DNA of 63,925 nucleotides, the filler included, from Lenisia limosa (taxonomy: Eukaryota; Protista; Breviatea), in assembly GCA_001655205.1 (NCBI GenBank). It is 16 parts of 16 records of this genome, joined end to end, with 100 filler letters (N's around TTAATTAATTAA, not from the genome) between each part and the next. Parts side by side here need not be neighbours in the genome. Positions count along the whole stretch, not along the records: positions 18,563 to 22,308 come from LPNZ01008698.1; positions 22,409 to 30,232 come from LPNZ01005822.1; positions 30,333 to 32,787 come from LPNZ01010905.1; positions 32,888 to 34,710 come from LPNZ01005318.1; 12 more parts are not named here. One strand, 5' to 3'. Shown piece after piece: positions 22,130 through 34,810 of this stretch (positions are counted from its first letter, which is position 1; the number at the start of each line of letters is the position of its first letter). The notes beneath the pieces are model-generated. The model was not told the DNA's origin, searched no databases, and saw only the letters and a list, made by a program, of their open reading frames with translations. A program made the translations under genes and the position numbers.

Positions 22130-25100
22130 CTGAGAAATGAGTCATAAGGACGTGAGCTGTATTATATCATAGACCCTATCTAGAAAGTAATTATCTTGGT
22201 CACTTATAAAAATATAGCTGGTGATTTCTTCTTGAGCTGTATATCATGTTCATATCATCATATGATAGAAATGGAAATTGTAAGAAGAAGGACTTGTATC
22301 ATAAGTAGNNNNNNNNNNNNNNNNNNNNNNNNNNNNNNNNNNNNNNNNNNNNTTAATTAATTAANNNNNNNNNNNNNNNNNNNNNNNNNNNNNNNNNNNN
22401 NNNNNNNNGGGGCAAATGGACATACGTTTTTTTTTAAAAAAACCAACGCTGACATAGAAGAAACAACAAGTAGAAGACTCAAGGAATCATTATTTTGCAT
22501 GTTTGCTGGATTTGCTGTTCAATTATGTTTCCACCAATCGTAAATAAGTCAGTACAAGATCAACACTTTGATAAACTACGACATAAACATGTGGCTACAC
22601 AATAAATAATAAATTTTAAGACAATTGAACAGGTACTGGAAGAATTGGGGATTCAATTGCCATACGGTTGCAAGTGAGAGTTTGCCCTGATCAGGGGAGA
22701 GAAAAGTAATGCTGAAGAGGAAGTCCGCGTACATATTCCAAAGTTTTCATTTTTGCAATTGATAGTTATTAATACAATAAGATATGTTAATAAGAAGGGC
22801 AGAAGGCACACCTTAAGACAATGGAGTTCGTAAACAGCACTTCGCAAGTATCAAAAGGCCTCTCCCTCGCCATCCTTCCTGATAATTGTTATATATAAAC
22901 TTAAACAATCCAAAGAACACCAACCTTCGTCATTTCTTAGTCTTCTGTGTTTTTATCCGTCGTCAGAAAAATACGGTTAACTTCCTACAACCTATCTCTT
23001 TTTTTCATTGGGCAAGTTTGGGGGCAATTATAGACTACTTTAAAACACATATTTAAAACCGTGAAGTCCTCGACGTGACAAAGGTAGTGGAAATCTCAAA
23101 ACACATAAATAATACAGTATTATTGCATATCATTGCATATTAGATTTGCTCTGTTACTCTTTGTTGTCATATTTCCACAAGTGATATGATACCGCCTTTA
23201 GAGTCGAAATGATGAAAAAAGATGACTTCACCCCGAGTGAATAATAAAGACTTGTCGGTTAATGATTATGCATACTATTGAAAAGTTTTGCATCTCAGGC
23301 ATGCTTTGATATCAGCCCAAAACATGTTATGAAAGGCTGCAACCGCAACTTCTTTTCCTAAGCTTCGTGTAGCCCTCTCGCCACACTTAAAACAGCCTTG
23401 ATGCAGACTGCTGACATCCTGACTAAAAACTGTGAAAAAAAAGTACATTATCTTTTGTAAAAAAAATCCAGCATACCTTAGCGAAAGAAGCTCTGATATT
23501 GCGGAGATAAATCCATTTTCACCATCACCAGGGTCAAATACATCACTACCAATATTTTTTCGCAAACTGTGGCATCTAAGTACTTGAAGAGATTAAATAT
23601 GGGGAATAAGGGAAAGAAACAGGGGTGAGGGAGAGGAATATAGTCAAATTGTTTCAAAAAAATGACGGGACACAACGGTGTTTAATACCTAATTAGGCGG
23701 CACCTTCATCAAAAAATGTCTTGACGGTGACACTCTTTCACCAATTGACCAGGCTAGACAGACAGCGTAAAACCAGGTTTGTCATTTTGAATTTCTCTGC
23801 TATGATGTTGAAAAGAGGGGTGTTATCATAGGGGAGGTGTTTTGTGAATTATTGTAAATAATTATATGGGTGTGTTGTGCTTTCCAACAGTCCTGTCCCA
23901 AATAAAATAATAAAACAACAACAATCAATAATCGGGTTCTTTTTACGAAAACCGAAACATTTCTTGCCTAGGGCGCCCTCAGGGTTTAACTTTTTTAAGT
24001 AATTTAGCTGCATTTTAAAAAAGTGCACTCGGCAAAATAAACATTTTAGCATTTTATCCATTTTTCTCAAGCTTTGATTAACATTTTGCGATTTAAAATT
24101 TCAGCTAAATTTACGTGAAAAATTAAACCCCAATGGCGCCCTAAGAGAAGAAAATAGTTGCTTCGGCTTGAGCTTTGAGTGTATTGTGAGGTGTAATCAA
24201 TTTTTCAATTAATTTTTGCAATGAACTTATTATCATATTTTTTTAAAAATGTTTGCAATTAATTCTTAAATAATTATCAAGTAACAAATTTCTCAGCGGG
24301 GTGGGGCCTGGAGTATAGGAGCTTGTACCAGTAGAAATGGGGTCTTATTTTGCTGATTTACACTCGTAATTTCTTTTAAAAAACCGGTTTCAAGTATAAT
24401 GTGTAATATTAACTACAACTATGATAATATCGAGTCACTTTCAGAGTAGTGTAACATGGTCGAAATGAGGTTCCAAATAGGAGGTATGAAAGTTTGACAA
24501 GTTATTGAAACCAGTGTGTGTTTCTGAACTATCTCTTAATACATTCAAGCAGCCATTGGAAAGAAGATGGGGGACTTTGTGGGAGCAGATACGTCAACAC
24601 AAGAGTGACTGTTTCACCTTTAGGTTTTTCTCAGTGATTACAACGATTGATTTATTGTTTAAAAAGATATATGCTGAAAGACTGTTTAATATCTTTTGTA
24701 TTTAACTTTTTCTCACTAACCCATCTCACTCGTGCTTCCCATTTAATTATAGCTATTCAAAGGCAATTTGTCCGAGTGAGGTTAGTATTCAACTTGTACT
24801 TGTGAAAAAGGGTCTTTCAAAGAAAAAAAAACCCAACAAAAAGGCAACCCAGGCCGCGGGCCAGAATTTTTTAAAAAGTGGACACGGTCATGTCCCCCCA
24901 CCTATATTGATATATTGAGCACAATGCTTTTTATTTCTTGACAATGATCATAATCTCCCTATCATGAGTTTTATTCACCTTTGTGCTTGTCATCGAATTC
25001 CAATACAACCACCCCACGCCAATATTACCAAGTTACCTCAGCCGGACTGACAAAGTAACTTGTTTTAGACTTGGTAGGAAATCTCTGCAAGTGAAGTCAT

Positions 25101-26081
25101 TTTGAGTCCATCTATTTTCATTTAAGTACTGGGATTTCTTTTTTATTCATTATTATGTTTTTCAACATTTAAACCTCATCACCACCGCATAGAATAGCTT
25201 TTGATCAGTCAACCTTTATTTATTCTTCTCAATGCTTCATCAAAAAATAAAAAAAAGTAATACTGGCGGTTGGTTGTGTTTTAAAGTTCTACTATTTGTT
25301 AAAACTGACTCTCTAGATTTGTTCTCATATATATTTCTGCTGCTACCTTTGACAACCGCTTATCATGGTACTAGGTCTTGGTGTGTGTTTGAGTTTTGTA
25401 TCCACAAATTAATTAGTCCAACCAAACAGTTGTACCATATGATATGATATTGAGTCATATTATATTACACTCTATGTAGTAAATTGAGAAAACGAGGGAG
25501 AAAAACAACAGAAACTGCACNNNNNNNNNNGAAACAAGGTTAGAACCGAGGAGGATTGGTAATACAACAACATTAACTATTTACAAATAATCGGGAATTC
25601 GAAACCGACGGGAAAAAAGGGGAGTGGGGCAGACACAAAGTTGATAACAATTGTTGGGGGGCAACAAAAACAGAAAAAACAAGTTATTCAAGTAATAAAG
25701 CAAGAATCATTAAAGATGCAATCATGCAATAGTGCAAATTTCTTGGAAGAAATGAATAAAAAAAAGAAACATATATTGCAAAACAAATCACGACAACAAA
25801 CAGAACACAGTTAAGCAAGATAATCAAGGAAACTCCAATTTTTGAGGAGAGGGGGAGTTATTTTGCACAGTAGCTATTGGTGGTTGTGAGCGTGCTGGCA
25901 TAGTTGGCTTTGGTTCCGGTTGATGTTAAAATGAAAAGAGTGAGATGTGTCAACAGTGAGCTGTTTCAACAGCTTGAGGCGCAATATGTGAAACCAAAAA
26001 ATAAGTCTTGGTGGAAACAGCACGCTTCACACGGCTCTTAATGAGGGACTTTCTCCCCACCTTCCTAAGGTTCAGAGGAAG

Positions 26082-26900
26082 ATGGCGATACACAGTTCGC
26101 TTGCTGGTGTTAAAATGCCAGGTTTGGCGAGGAGATATACGGTAATAGAACACACGCATCAACTTTCTCATATTTGTCTTAAAAATACGTTTGACCTTGA
26201 CCCCGAATGCAGCTACTCGCAAGTTATTACCAAGCTCCAGCAGCACAAGGTCGAGAACAATGAAGCTCATATGGAGTTGAACGATGCTGATGATACAGTT
26301 GTTGAAGCAAGTGTCCCAAATGATCCGCTGTCAATCCTCAAGTCCCCCCCGGAGCACATTGACCTTTCGAAAGTGCCATCACTTCAGAAGAAAGCCTCCT
26401 CAAGACCTACTGTCCACACGATTGTTCGTGACGTCACTGTCAATATTATTGGTTTCCCATCACTTTCAAGTACAAAGGCCTTCACCAAGAACATCCCCTC
26501 CGGTGACGGAAAATTGGGCCTTAAGAAGGACCAAATCACTACTGTCGCCAAGGCTTTGACTTCTCCGCTCATCCAACTCGATAGGAAGCACAAAAATGAG
26601 AAGGTCTTCGAGGAAGAAGTTGCTCAAGCATTGTCCATGGCCACTATTATCGTTTCTTCAAGAGACAAAGTATCGCTCAACTTTTGCCCAAATCGCTGTG
26701 GTGAGAAGTACCTCAAGGATGACGGCCACCTTTTCTGCGGTAAATGCACTGCTCGGGAGGACTACCAGCACAACATCAGCCTGAGGGACCATATTGCCAA
26801 TTCGGATGATCTTCCGTCCTGTTTGGCTAAGGTCAAACATCGAATTCTCGAGAAGAGTCTTTGGACTACGAAGAGTGAAGTCCAAGCAAGTCAAGTACAG
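26082..26900 (+). CDS. Long exon or ORF with a Cys-x3-Cys...Cys-x2-Cys zinc-finger-like motif, upstream of a YqaJ-like domain
   Basis: 308-aa ORF containing FCPNRCGEKYLKDDGHLFCGKC; same strand and about 100 bp upstream of the YqaJ-like exon. Confidence 0.5.
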
Positions 26901-27089
26901 GGAGAATGTTTGGGTACCCCTCTATTTTTAAGGTGTCTTTGTAACTCATACTTCAGGCACCTCAACAACTCTGCCCGAGACTGTACTGGTATTACTTCAT
27001 CATTGTAGAAGCTTGAAATTCACCTGGTGAGCAGCAGGCGGTTGTTGACTTAATCATTGTGCTAGTGTCACAGACTCTCCCTTAAATAG

Positions 27090-27746
27090 TGCTACCGCTG
27101 CCATGGTTCCTCCATTCGCCCCGTCATCTACAATGCGGAGACTCCTGGAGAACAGCTCCAGTTTGCCCGGATTGCCCAAGGCAGTGAAGAGTGGTTCATA
27201 GCACGTGACGGACGCATGACTGGATCAACGGCTGCAAGTGCACTTGGCCTTTCATCTTTCATGGTACAAGAAGAGGTTACTGTATGGCTACATGGCAAGT
27301 TCGCGTCTTCCATCCTGAAGGCTGGTGACAGTTCCGGTGTTGCCAAGGCGAAGGCAGCTCGAGAAGGCCGTGCCAATCTACAAGAGGAGTTCAACACCAA
27401 GCGGGCTAAAGCCAAAGAGAGTCATGTTAAGGCTAAGAAGGAGGCGAAGGAAGCAGAAGGCCTCCCCTTTGGTACCCCCCCCCAGAAGCGCCATTTATTA
27501 ACCTTGACACTTGTCTTGAGCACGGTACCTTCAACGAGAATAACGCCCGAGAAGTACGCCATTATGCGTGTCGGAGACAAGAGCTGTTCTCTTGGCGTTT
27601 CTCCAGAACTTCTGATCCTCACTGAATCCGGGATCTGGCTCGTTAAGGCAAAGTTCCCCTACTTCCGCCAAGTCGGCCTTGAAGTGACAAAGGCTTACAT
27701 GGGTCCAGATGTTGGACCAAACATATATGACGTGAATCTCAATTAG
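27090..27746 (+). pseudogene. YqaJ/lambda-exonuclease-like domain with compensating frameshifts and degenerate catalytic motifs
   Basis: IAQGSEEWFIARDGRMTGSTAASALG (YqaJ N-terminal motif). HGTFNENNARE lies in a different frame at about 27520-27553. LGVSPELL and LVKAKFPY correspond to the canonical GASPDG and EIKCPY. Confidence 0.7.
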
Positions 27747-30332
27747 TCATAACGGTTTTTTCTCGTTTTTCACTTGGCAGGTCTTTTAATTTATGTGGAG
27801 ACAATTATGCTCACTAAGGGTGTTTGCTCCTCCCTCCTCGTCTGTGTAGGTGTATGAGTAGGTTATTTTTTTTTACTGCTTCTTTTGTCTGATCAACCAG
27901 CTCTCGCTGTCTGAGATTGATCGCCGCCAGCCAGCCACCCGTCAGTGTTCTTTCCTTAAATCAGCAACAGCCCGTTTTACCCTAAAATAATCAAAGATAT
28001 GAAAAAAAAACACAAAAGACTTACCACAGAAACTGCTGAAATTGAGCTTCATTACGTGGTTACGCAAGACAAACAATGCGCTTTTGACGTGAGTCTGGAT
28101 TCTTCTCGGGAGGCTGAACTTCGGAGACACTTTAAATTATTACTAGAGAAAAGTAAGTTTTTGAGCTTTTAAATATTGTTAATTCGGGGTAAAGCGTCCG
28201 ACTCTGTCCAAAAAACAACATTGCAAATAAACACGAAAAAGATACCTAATATATGCTACAATATATGAAGGAACGGGGTCAGTCACCATCTGAAATAGAT
28301 ACATACCAGGAGGACGGAAAGTGGAGAGCCCAACCCATTCCCCCCTCCCCACTTACGGCCATAGCCGTTTCTGACAGGTAATTTATATATGGCATAAGAA
28401 ACACATTACTGGGACGACCTTTATCGACCACGACCGCGACCACGAACAGGTTGAACATTTTGCAATACCATCAACATCAGCAACAGCCTTTTTCCGCCTT
28501 TTTTTCTGTCGAGCTTGGGCAGCATCTTGCTTTTTTCGTTCAAAGTGGTCTTCTTGTTAACAGCGTTTTGTCTTTCGACACTATCAAAAAACAGCTTCTC
28601 AGGGAAACTCATATATATTAACTTCTCTCAGACTCAGGGCTCCCGGTCGTAAATACCATCAGTGATGAGGTCCCGTTGACTAAGATGGTGGCCTCTAAAT
28701 TGAATCTGTAGATGTAACCAAGATGAAAAACAAAAAAAAAACAGTCAAAGTGCATCAAATGCAGTAATAATAAACTCCTAATAGCAACTGTTCACCTGAT
28801 TTGCTCGACTGGAACACATGGCACCATTTTGGCTGCAAGCCTGCTATGCTCACAGGAACATTTTCCTAAAAAGATTCAAAATGGGAAAATAACTTTGAAG
28901 ATGCAATCCTGATAATACTTGCAATGTTGACAAGTACTTAACATACCGATGAGGCTGGCTACGATGTCCGCAGTCCATGAGGGGAAACACTTGGAGCACA
29001 TGTGCACTTTAGCTCCATTCACAATGGTATGTAGCCACAGCTTCACTCTAATAATTAATATAGGGTTTATGACGTAAGTTGTACCTTAGAAACAGAGTGC
29101 CCTTTCTCAGAATTCCGGGCTTAATGTAGCAAAACCCAGAGGGGAACTGAGATACTTTGTCACACCTTAAGAAGAAATAACCAAAATAGTCAAAAGATTC
29201 CCTCTTTCTGAAAGAGAAACCAAGCGTTTCATCTATGTTTCCACGATCAGATGGGACACCAGCTCCGCCAACCTAGGTTAACTAAGGTGGCAATTTTGGG
29301 GTCTTTCATGAGATCATCATCAACTGCAATCGGAAGAAGGAGAGTTGGGCCAATTGGCATCACGTATGCCTGTGTCATTTTGTTTGATACTCCCTGGAGA
29401 TCATGACCGTGAGGGAAGTGAGGGTATATTATGTACTGATCAGACACCATTACATACTTGATATTTTGGTCTTTGGGGTAGGTGGGGGGGCCTTTTTTTC
29501 TCAGCTGTCAAAATGAAAAACATCCAGGGTAAACAAAGCAGTGCAAATTAGAAGCTAAATTATTACAAAAGCACCAACTCTGAGCCTGAAGGGGACCATT
29601 TGAAGTGCTTATACTCAGTTACTTAGCAGGTTTCTGAGTTATATGAGTAAGATAAGGGGAAATTAGGAAGAACATTATAAAATAGACACTCGATCGAAGC
29701 AAGAGTCGGAATAATCATAGTTCTATTTAGCACGCTATTTAGCGTGTAGTCTAGTAATTGCAAAAAAAAACAACAAAAAAAAAAAAGCTCGCACTAAGAA
29801 AGATGTAAGGCAGTTCACATGTAAGGATGATCTCCATAAAGATGAAGAGGAACAGAAATTAAGAAATTAATCATCATATTCACGAACCATCACCAAAAAG
29901 GCATTAAAATGTGAGAAGCAGCAAATAAACCAGAAAAAGACTGAAATAGCTGCAACACTACAGCGAAAATGGCAGGCCTCGAGGCAGCTTGCTTACCCAA
30001 ACTGTTGTTGCATCTTATCTTTCTATCGACGACCTTAGTGGTTGCTTGCTTGCTTTTTATTTTTTGAAAAATAAAGTAGAGAAAGTAAGCAAACGGGCAA
30101 AAAATGGGGGTTGCTTACTTTTTTGGAGCCTCCAACTTGCGCCCCGTTTGCTTTGTGTAGTCCATTTTGGCAGGTCTTTGTATAAACCCCCCAGGTGCCG
30201 GTATAATGACCATTTTTATGCTCTTATTTTCTNNNNNNNNNNNNNNNNNNNNNNNNNNNNNNNNNNNNNNNNNNNNTTAATTAATTAANNNNNNNNNNNN
30301 NNNNNNNNNNNNNNNNNNNNNNNNNNNNNNNN

Positions 30333-32787
30333 CCCAAGAACCACACTTCCGTTGCTAACCTGAGAAATGAGCGGGGCGCGAGCGTGGCGTTCGGCCTCAG
30401 CAACGCTACCCGGCTGGTTAGCGGCGAGGTGTCGACGAACGGAGGCAAAGCCTATTTCGAGTAAGGCTTTGGAATCTACGAAGGCCTGGGCGAGGGCGAG
30501 GGAGGTGTCAGCAACGCCGTCTACCCATACCGGCGAGGTAACAATCTTGGCAGACTTAAAGGCGGGGCCTGGGTTGCAGCGAGCGCACTTCCAGTTGGGA
30601 AAGCCTTGGTAGGGAAAGGGGACGAGGGTCCATTGGCAGGAAGGGCAGGACGGGACCTTGGCCATCAGGCCGTCGGCGTCCTTAATGCGGGCAACGCGGG
30701 TAGACTGGCAGGGGCGGACAACGTAGTTGGGTCGACCGCCCGCGACAAACACGCCCTGAACGCAGCCGGAGACGTGAGTATTAGCACCGGCCAAGGGCAT
30801 GCCGTAGAAGCGAAGATAGGGCGGCTTGTTGAACCAGGTCGTGCGGTTGAAGAGGCACGTAGACGGAAAGGCGGCGGACGGCCGGGTGGTGTCGACGGGC
30901 TGCGTCGGCCGAGGCAGGGCAGGGGTGACAACGGGGCGGGTCGGCGGCCGGAGGCGCGTTGGCCGAGTAGGCGTGGCGGCGAGCAAGGCGAAGGCGGGCG
31001 ACAGCGACCGGCGGACCGGCTGCGGGGCAACAGACGGCTGCTGCAGGGCTGGGTCGTGGGCGGCGACTGCGGTCGGGCCAGGGGGCTCAGTTTGGCCACG
31101 GCCGTCGGCGGGCGGGGCAGGCAGGTCAGGAACGGCCGGCAGGGCGGGCTGGTCAGGATCGGCCAGCGGGGCAGGCTTGTCAGGAACGGCGGGCGGGGCA
31201 GGCTGGGCAGGAACGGCCGGCGGCCAGGTCGGGGCAGGCAGCGGCGAGAGAGAGCGCGAGCGAGGCCGGCCTTGTGGCGTTGGCGGCAGGTCACGCAAGG
31301 CGTCTCGAACGAGGTTGTCAGCATGGTAAGCGGCAGGCGAGGTAGCGTCGGCAACGGGCGAGGCCGAGCCGGCAGGCGACGCCTTCTCGTCACGCCGGCG
31401 GTTGGGCAGCGGGCTCTCCACGGGGTCGCCGGCCTGGTCAACCCAGCTTATCGCCAGGTTCGGCCAGACGGTGAGAAAGGTCACCGGGTCGGTCAGGGCG
31501 GGTTCGACCACCGGCTCAACGCCGGGGTTGAAGCGGGCAACGGCAATGCCGGCCTCGGCCTCCGGCAGTCCGCCGTTGGCCTCCAGGTTGTCGAGGTAGG
31601 CGCGGTAGAGGCTGAGCAGGTTCGTGTCGGCGTTGTCGCGGCGGAGAAGGACGAGGCCACGCAGGTTGCCTTGCCGCCGGCGAACGCGGCCAAAGCCGGC
31701 CTCCACAAACACGTTGTCCGGCAGCTTGACGTCGGCCACTAGGTCGTCGGTAAACTTCCGGGCAAGGCTGGCCGAGAGCGGGTCGTCCACCTCGACCGCG
31801 CCTTTGACGGCGGCGGCAATGGCCTCCTTCACGGCGGTAGTGCTGAGGATTGGCGGGTTCTGGGCGGTCGTCTCAAAGCAGGCCTTGACAAGCATAGCTC
31901 GCTCAACGACGGACAGATCCTTGGCCGCGTCGGCCTTCTTCTCCTCCAGCAGAACGGCGGTGCAGGCCACGTCGCGCCCGCGGTAGTCGGGCGACATCTC
32001 TTGGAAGAGGTTGGTCGAGGTCACGCCGGCCACGGTAAAGGCCGCAATCCAGTCGTGGTAGCGGCGTATGCAGGCGATCGCGATGTCTCCGGCACAAGTC
32101 GCCATCGCCTCCTCGACGCGGACGTCCATGTCCTCCGCACGGATCTTCACGCCGAACGGCAACGGCATCGTGCGGCGCTTCATGGGGACCGTGTCGCACT
32201 TGTTACTGACAGGCATCACCATGTTGGCCGTCAGAAGGACGGACGCGGTCTGGTTCTCCCAGCTCACACTCTGGCGATTCTTGGCGGTCAGGCTCGTCGC
32301 CTCCCCCTGGCTGAGCTTCTTCAGAACTTCCATGCAACCGTGCTGCGCCGGGTCGGTACTCAAGTCCGTGTTGCTGACCGCCACGACGTCGTCCATGACT
32401 GGGTACACTTCTGAGGTCGGATAGGCCCGGTCGCCACTAGGGTAGTTCGCGATCAGCCCCTTCTCAAGGCCGGCCAGCAAGGACATGTGGATGAGACTCT
32501 TACCGGTGCCGCCTAGGCCGTAGCCGTAGTACATCAGCCGCGCCTTGTACAGGCTGCTTCCCCCGCCGCGACCCAGCGCCAGCCTGGCTTCCTGCGGAAT
32601 ATGGAACATCCCCAGGACGCTCATCGCCTCATGAAGACTCTCGCCTTCGAAGCCTTGCGAAGTTAGCACGTGTTTCACCGCGTTGGCGTTGGCCTCACGG
32701 ACGGTCAACGGCTCTTCGCCGGCATAGTCGTCTTCAAACTGCTTAGCTTCTTCCTCAGTCGCCGGGTAGCGCGTCAAGAACGTCCGA
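30333..32787 (-). CDS. D5-like (primase-associated) superfamily 3 helicase fused to a Pro/Ala-rich linker and a zinc-ribbon domain; open at both scaffold ends
   Basis: No stop across the 2455-bp scaffold. Walker A GLGGTGKS at 32496-32519, then KKLSQGEATSLTAK...VLLTAN...KRRTMPLPF matching the D5/P4 helicase pattern (K.LTGGD...TN...RR..IPF). CPSC...CARC at about 30575-30650. No introns; visibly far more GC-rich than host exons. Confidence 0.8.
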
Positions 32788-34040
32788 NNNNNNNNNNNNN
32801 NNNNNNNNNNNNNNNNNNNNNNNNNNNNNNNTTAATTAATTAANNNNNNNNNNNNNNNNNNNNNNNNNNNNNNNNNNNNNNNNNNNNCATTCATATCAAT
32901 CCACCCACCCCACCCCCCAATATCATAATCAATAAGTTGAGACCCCCACAATTTGATCTAAATACTGTCACTTATTATCCACATTACCCCACAATATCAA
33001 CATCGATCAATTGAGACGAAACCAGGTTGAGAGAAGAAGCCTCAAAAACGGCGGCCTTCGTGCTGCTACTGCGTGATACGAAGCGATAGACCGAACTCTC
33101 AATGAATTCGATTATCTGGAGGGGGGGGGGGGNNNNNNNNNNNNNNNNNNNNNNNNNNNNNNNNNNNNNNNNNNNNNNNNNNNNNNNNNNNNNNNNNNNN
33201 NNNNNNNNNNNNNNNNNNNNNNNNNNNNNNNNNNNNNNNNNNNNNNNNNNNNNNNGAAACAACAAAACAAACAAAGCCCAGAGAGAGCAAAATCTCTATT
33301 GAAACTAGGAACATAGAGAAATATTGAAACTAGGATCATAAAGAGTAAAGTCTCTATTGAAACTGACTACAAAAAAACATCCACAGAAAACGAAAGAAAA
33401 AGGTGATGTGACGGCGGGTGAAAGGGAGGATGAGGGTTGTCTTTAGGACAAACAAAACGATAAATATCATTTGATATAAATATACTATATGCATATGATA
33501 TAGTGGGGTTCGCAGTTTTAATCATGTTCGCGGTTGTAAACACCAACCTATGACATGATATAATAGAGAATATTCGGTCAAATATCGAGAATTTATCGAG
33601 AATTTCAGTCATTTTAGGGACCGTAGGGAAGCCCTAGATACAACTTTATTTATTTATTTTGCATTGCTATCTCGAGAACAATAAGATGAAATATAGATTC
33701 TGCTTCCACAAGACGTTACCCCCCCCCCCTCCCACTTTCGCACGAGCCAGATAGTGGTTCACTAAAAAATGGTCAGAAACAAGCATATAAAGCAGCCAGG
33801 TGGAGTACCTCTGGATAAAAACACGATTTAGCTGCAAAAGTGTGTGTGTTTATGTCTAATAACACACAGAAGGAAGTTAGAATATTTGTGTGCAATAACA
33901 AGAAGAATCAAAGACAAAAAATATCGATATTTCTTAAGAGGGCTTCCTTAGGCCCCGAAATCAGTGCGAAATATATCAGATAACTTTGGATCCTTTTCAC
34001 ACGTATGAACTATCATTTTCCACGCAGTGATATGATACCT

Positions 34041-34179
34041 CATATCCACTGGTGTGATAATTAACCGACAAGTCTCAATACTCGGGATTAACCCTCGTGC
34101 TATCTTTATTCATCAATGCTATCTTTATTCATCAGATCAACATGAAAGTCGGTCATATGTCATATTACAAGTGGATATG
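34041..34179. repeat. Dispersed hairpin repeat, copy 3
   Basis: CATATCCACT...AGTGGATATG; also shares about 45 bp of left flank with copy 1. Confidence 0.75.
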
Positions 34180-34810
34180 GGTCAATCTATCAATATCACC
34201 AGCGTCATCACTCCCCAAACCCCCATTACCTTCACCATTGACAAAACTAACATTGGTAATTCGCAAAGTAGCAGCATCAAAGGGAACAATTGTCTAAAAG
34301 GTGAGAAAAGCATTATGGTAGACTCGATCCAGGAGTAAGGCACTCCCACGAAATTACATGGAAACATGAACTTTATACCAAAAATTGCTATGTAGCTATA
34401 TGGAATATAGGAAATATATATGTATACTATATATATAATGGTGTGGACGGCTTCGGCCAGATAAAATCTTGTTTTATTTCTCACAGCTATACTACATGAT
34501 GATGTTTTATATAATTTTATCATATATCATATTATATACCATATGCACTGTATATCATATGTAAATTGATGACATTACACCCCCTGACTCCTCTGATATT
34601 TGAGATGGTGTAACCATTGCCATGAAGCCAAACTAGACCTCCCATCAACTGGAGGGAAAATTAATTGAAAAATAAAACCATAGAGGGCAGAGTAGTGTGG
34701 GGGGGGGGGGNNNNNNNNNNNNNNNNNNNNNNNNNNNNNNNNNNNNNNNNNNNNTTAATTAATTAANNNNNNNNNNNNNNNNNNNNNNNNNNNNNNNNNN
34801 NNNNNNNNNN

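Noticed and set aside
23952-24166. TAGGGCGCC...GGCGCCCTA inverted repeat as another hAT MITE
   Set aside because: Short core, no 8-bp TSD, and no second copy in the window.
30367-32424. Long overlapping plus- and minus-strand ORFs (e.g. 30606-31742)
   Set aside because: Shadow ORFs expected in very GC-rich coding DNA; only the 830-aa frame has family motifs.
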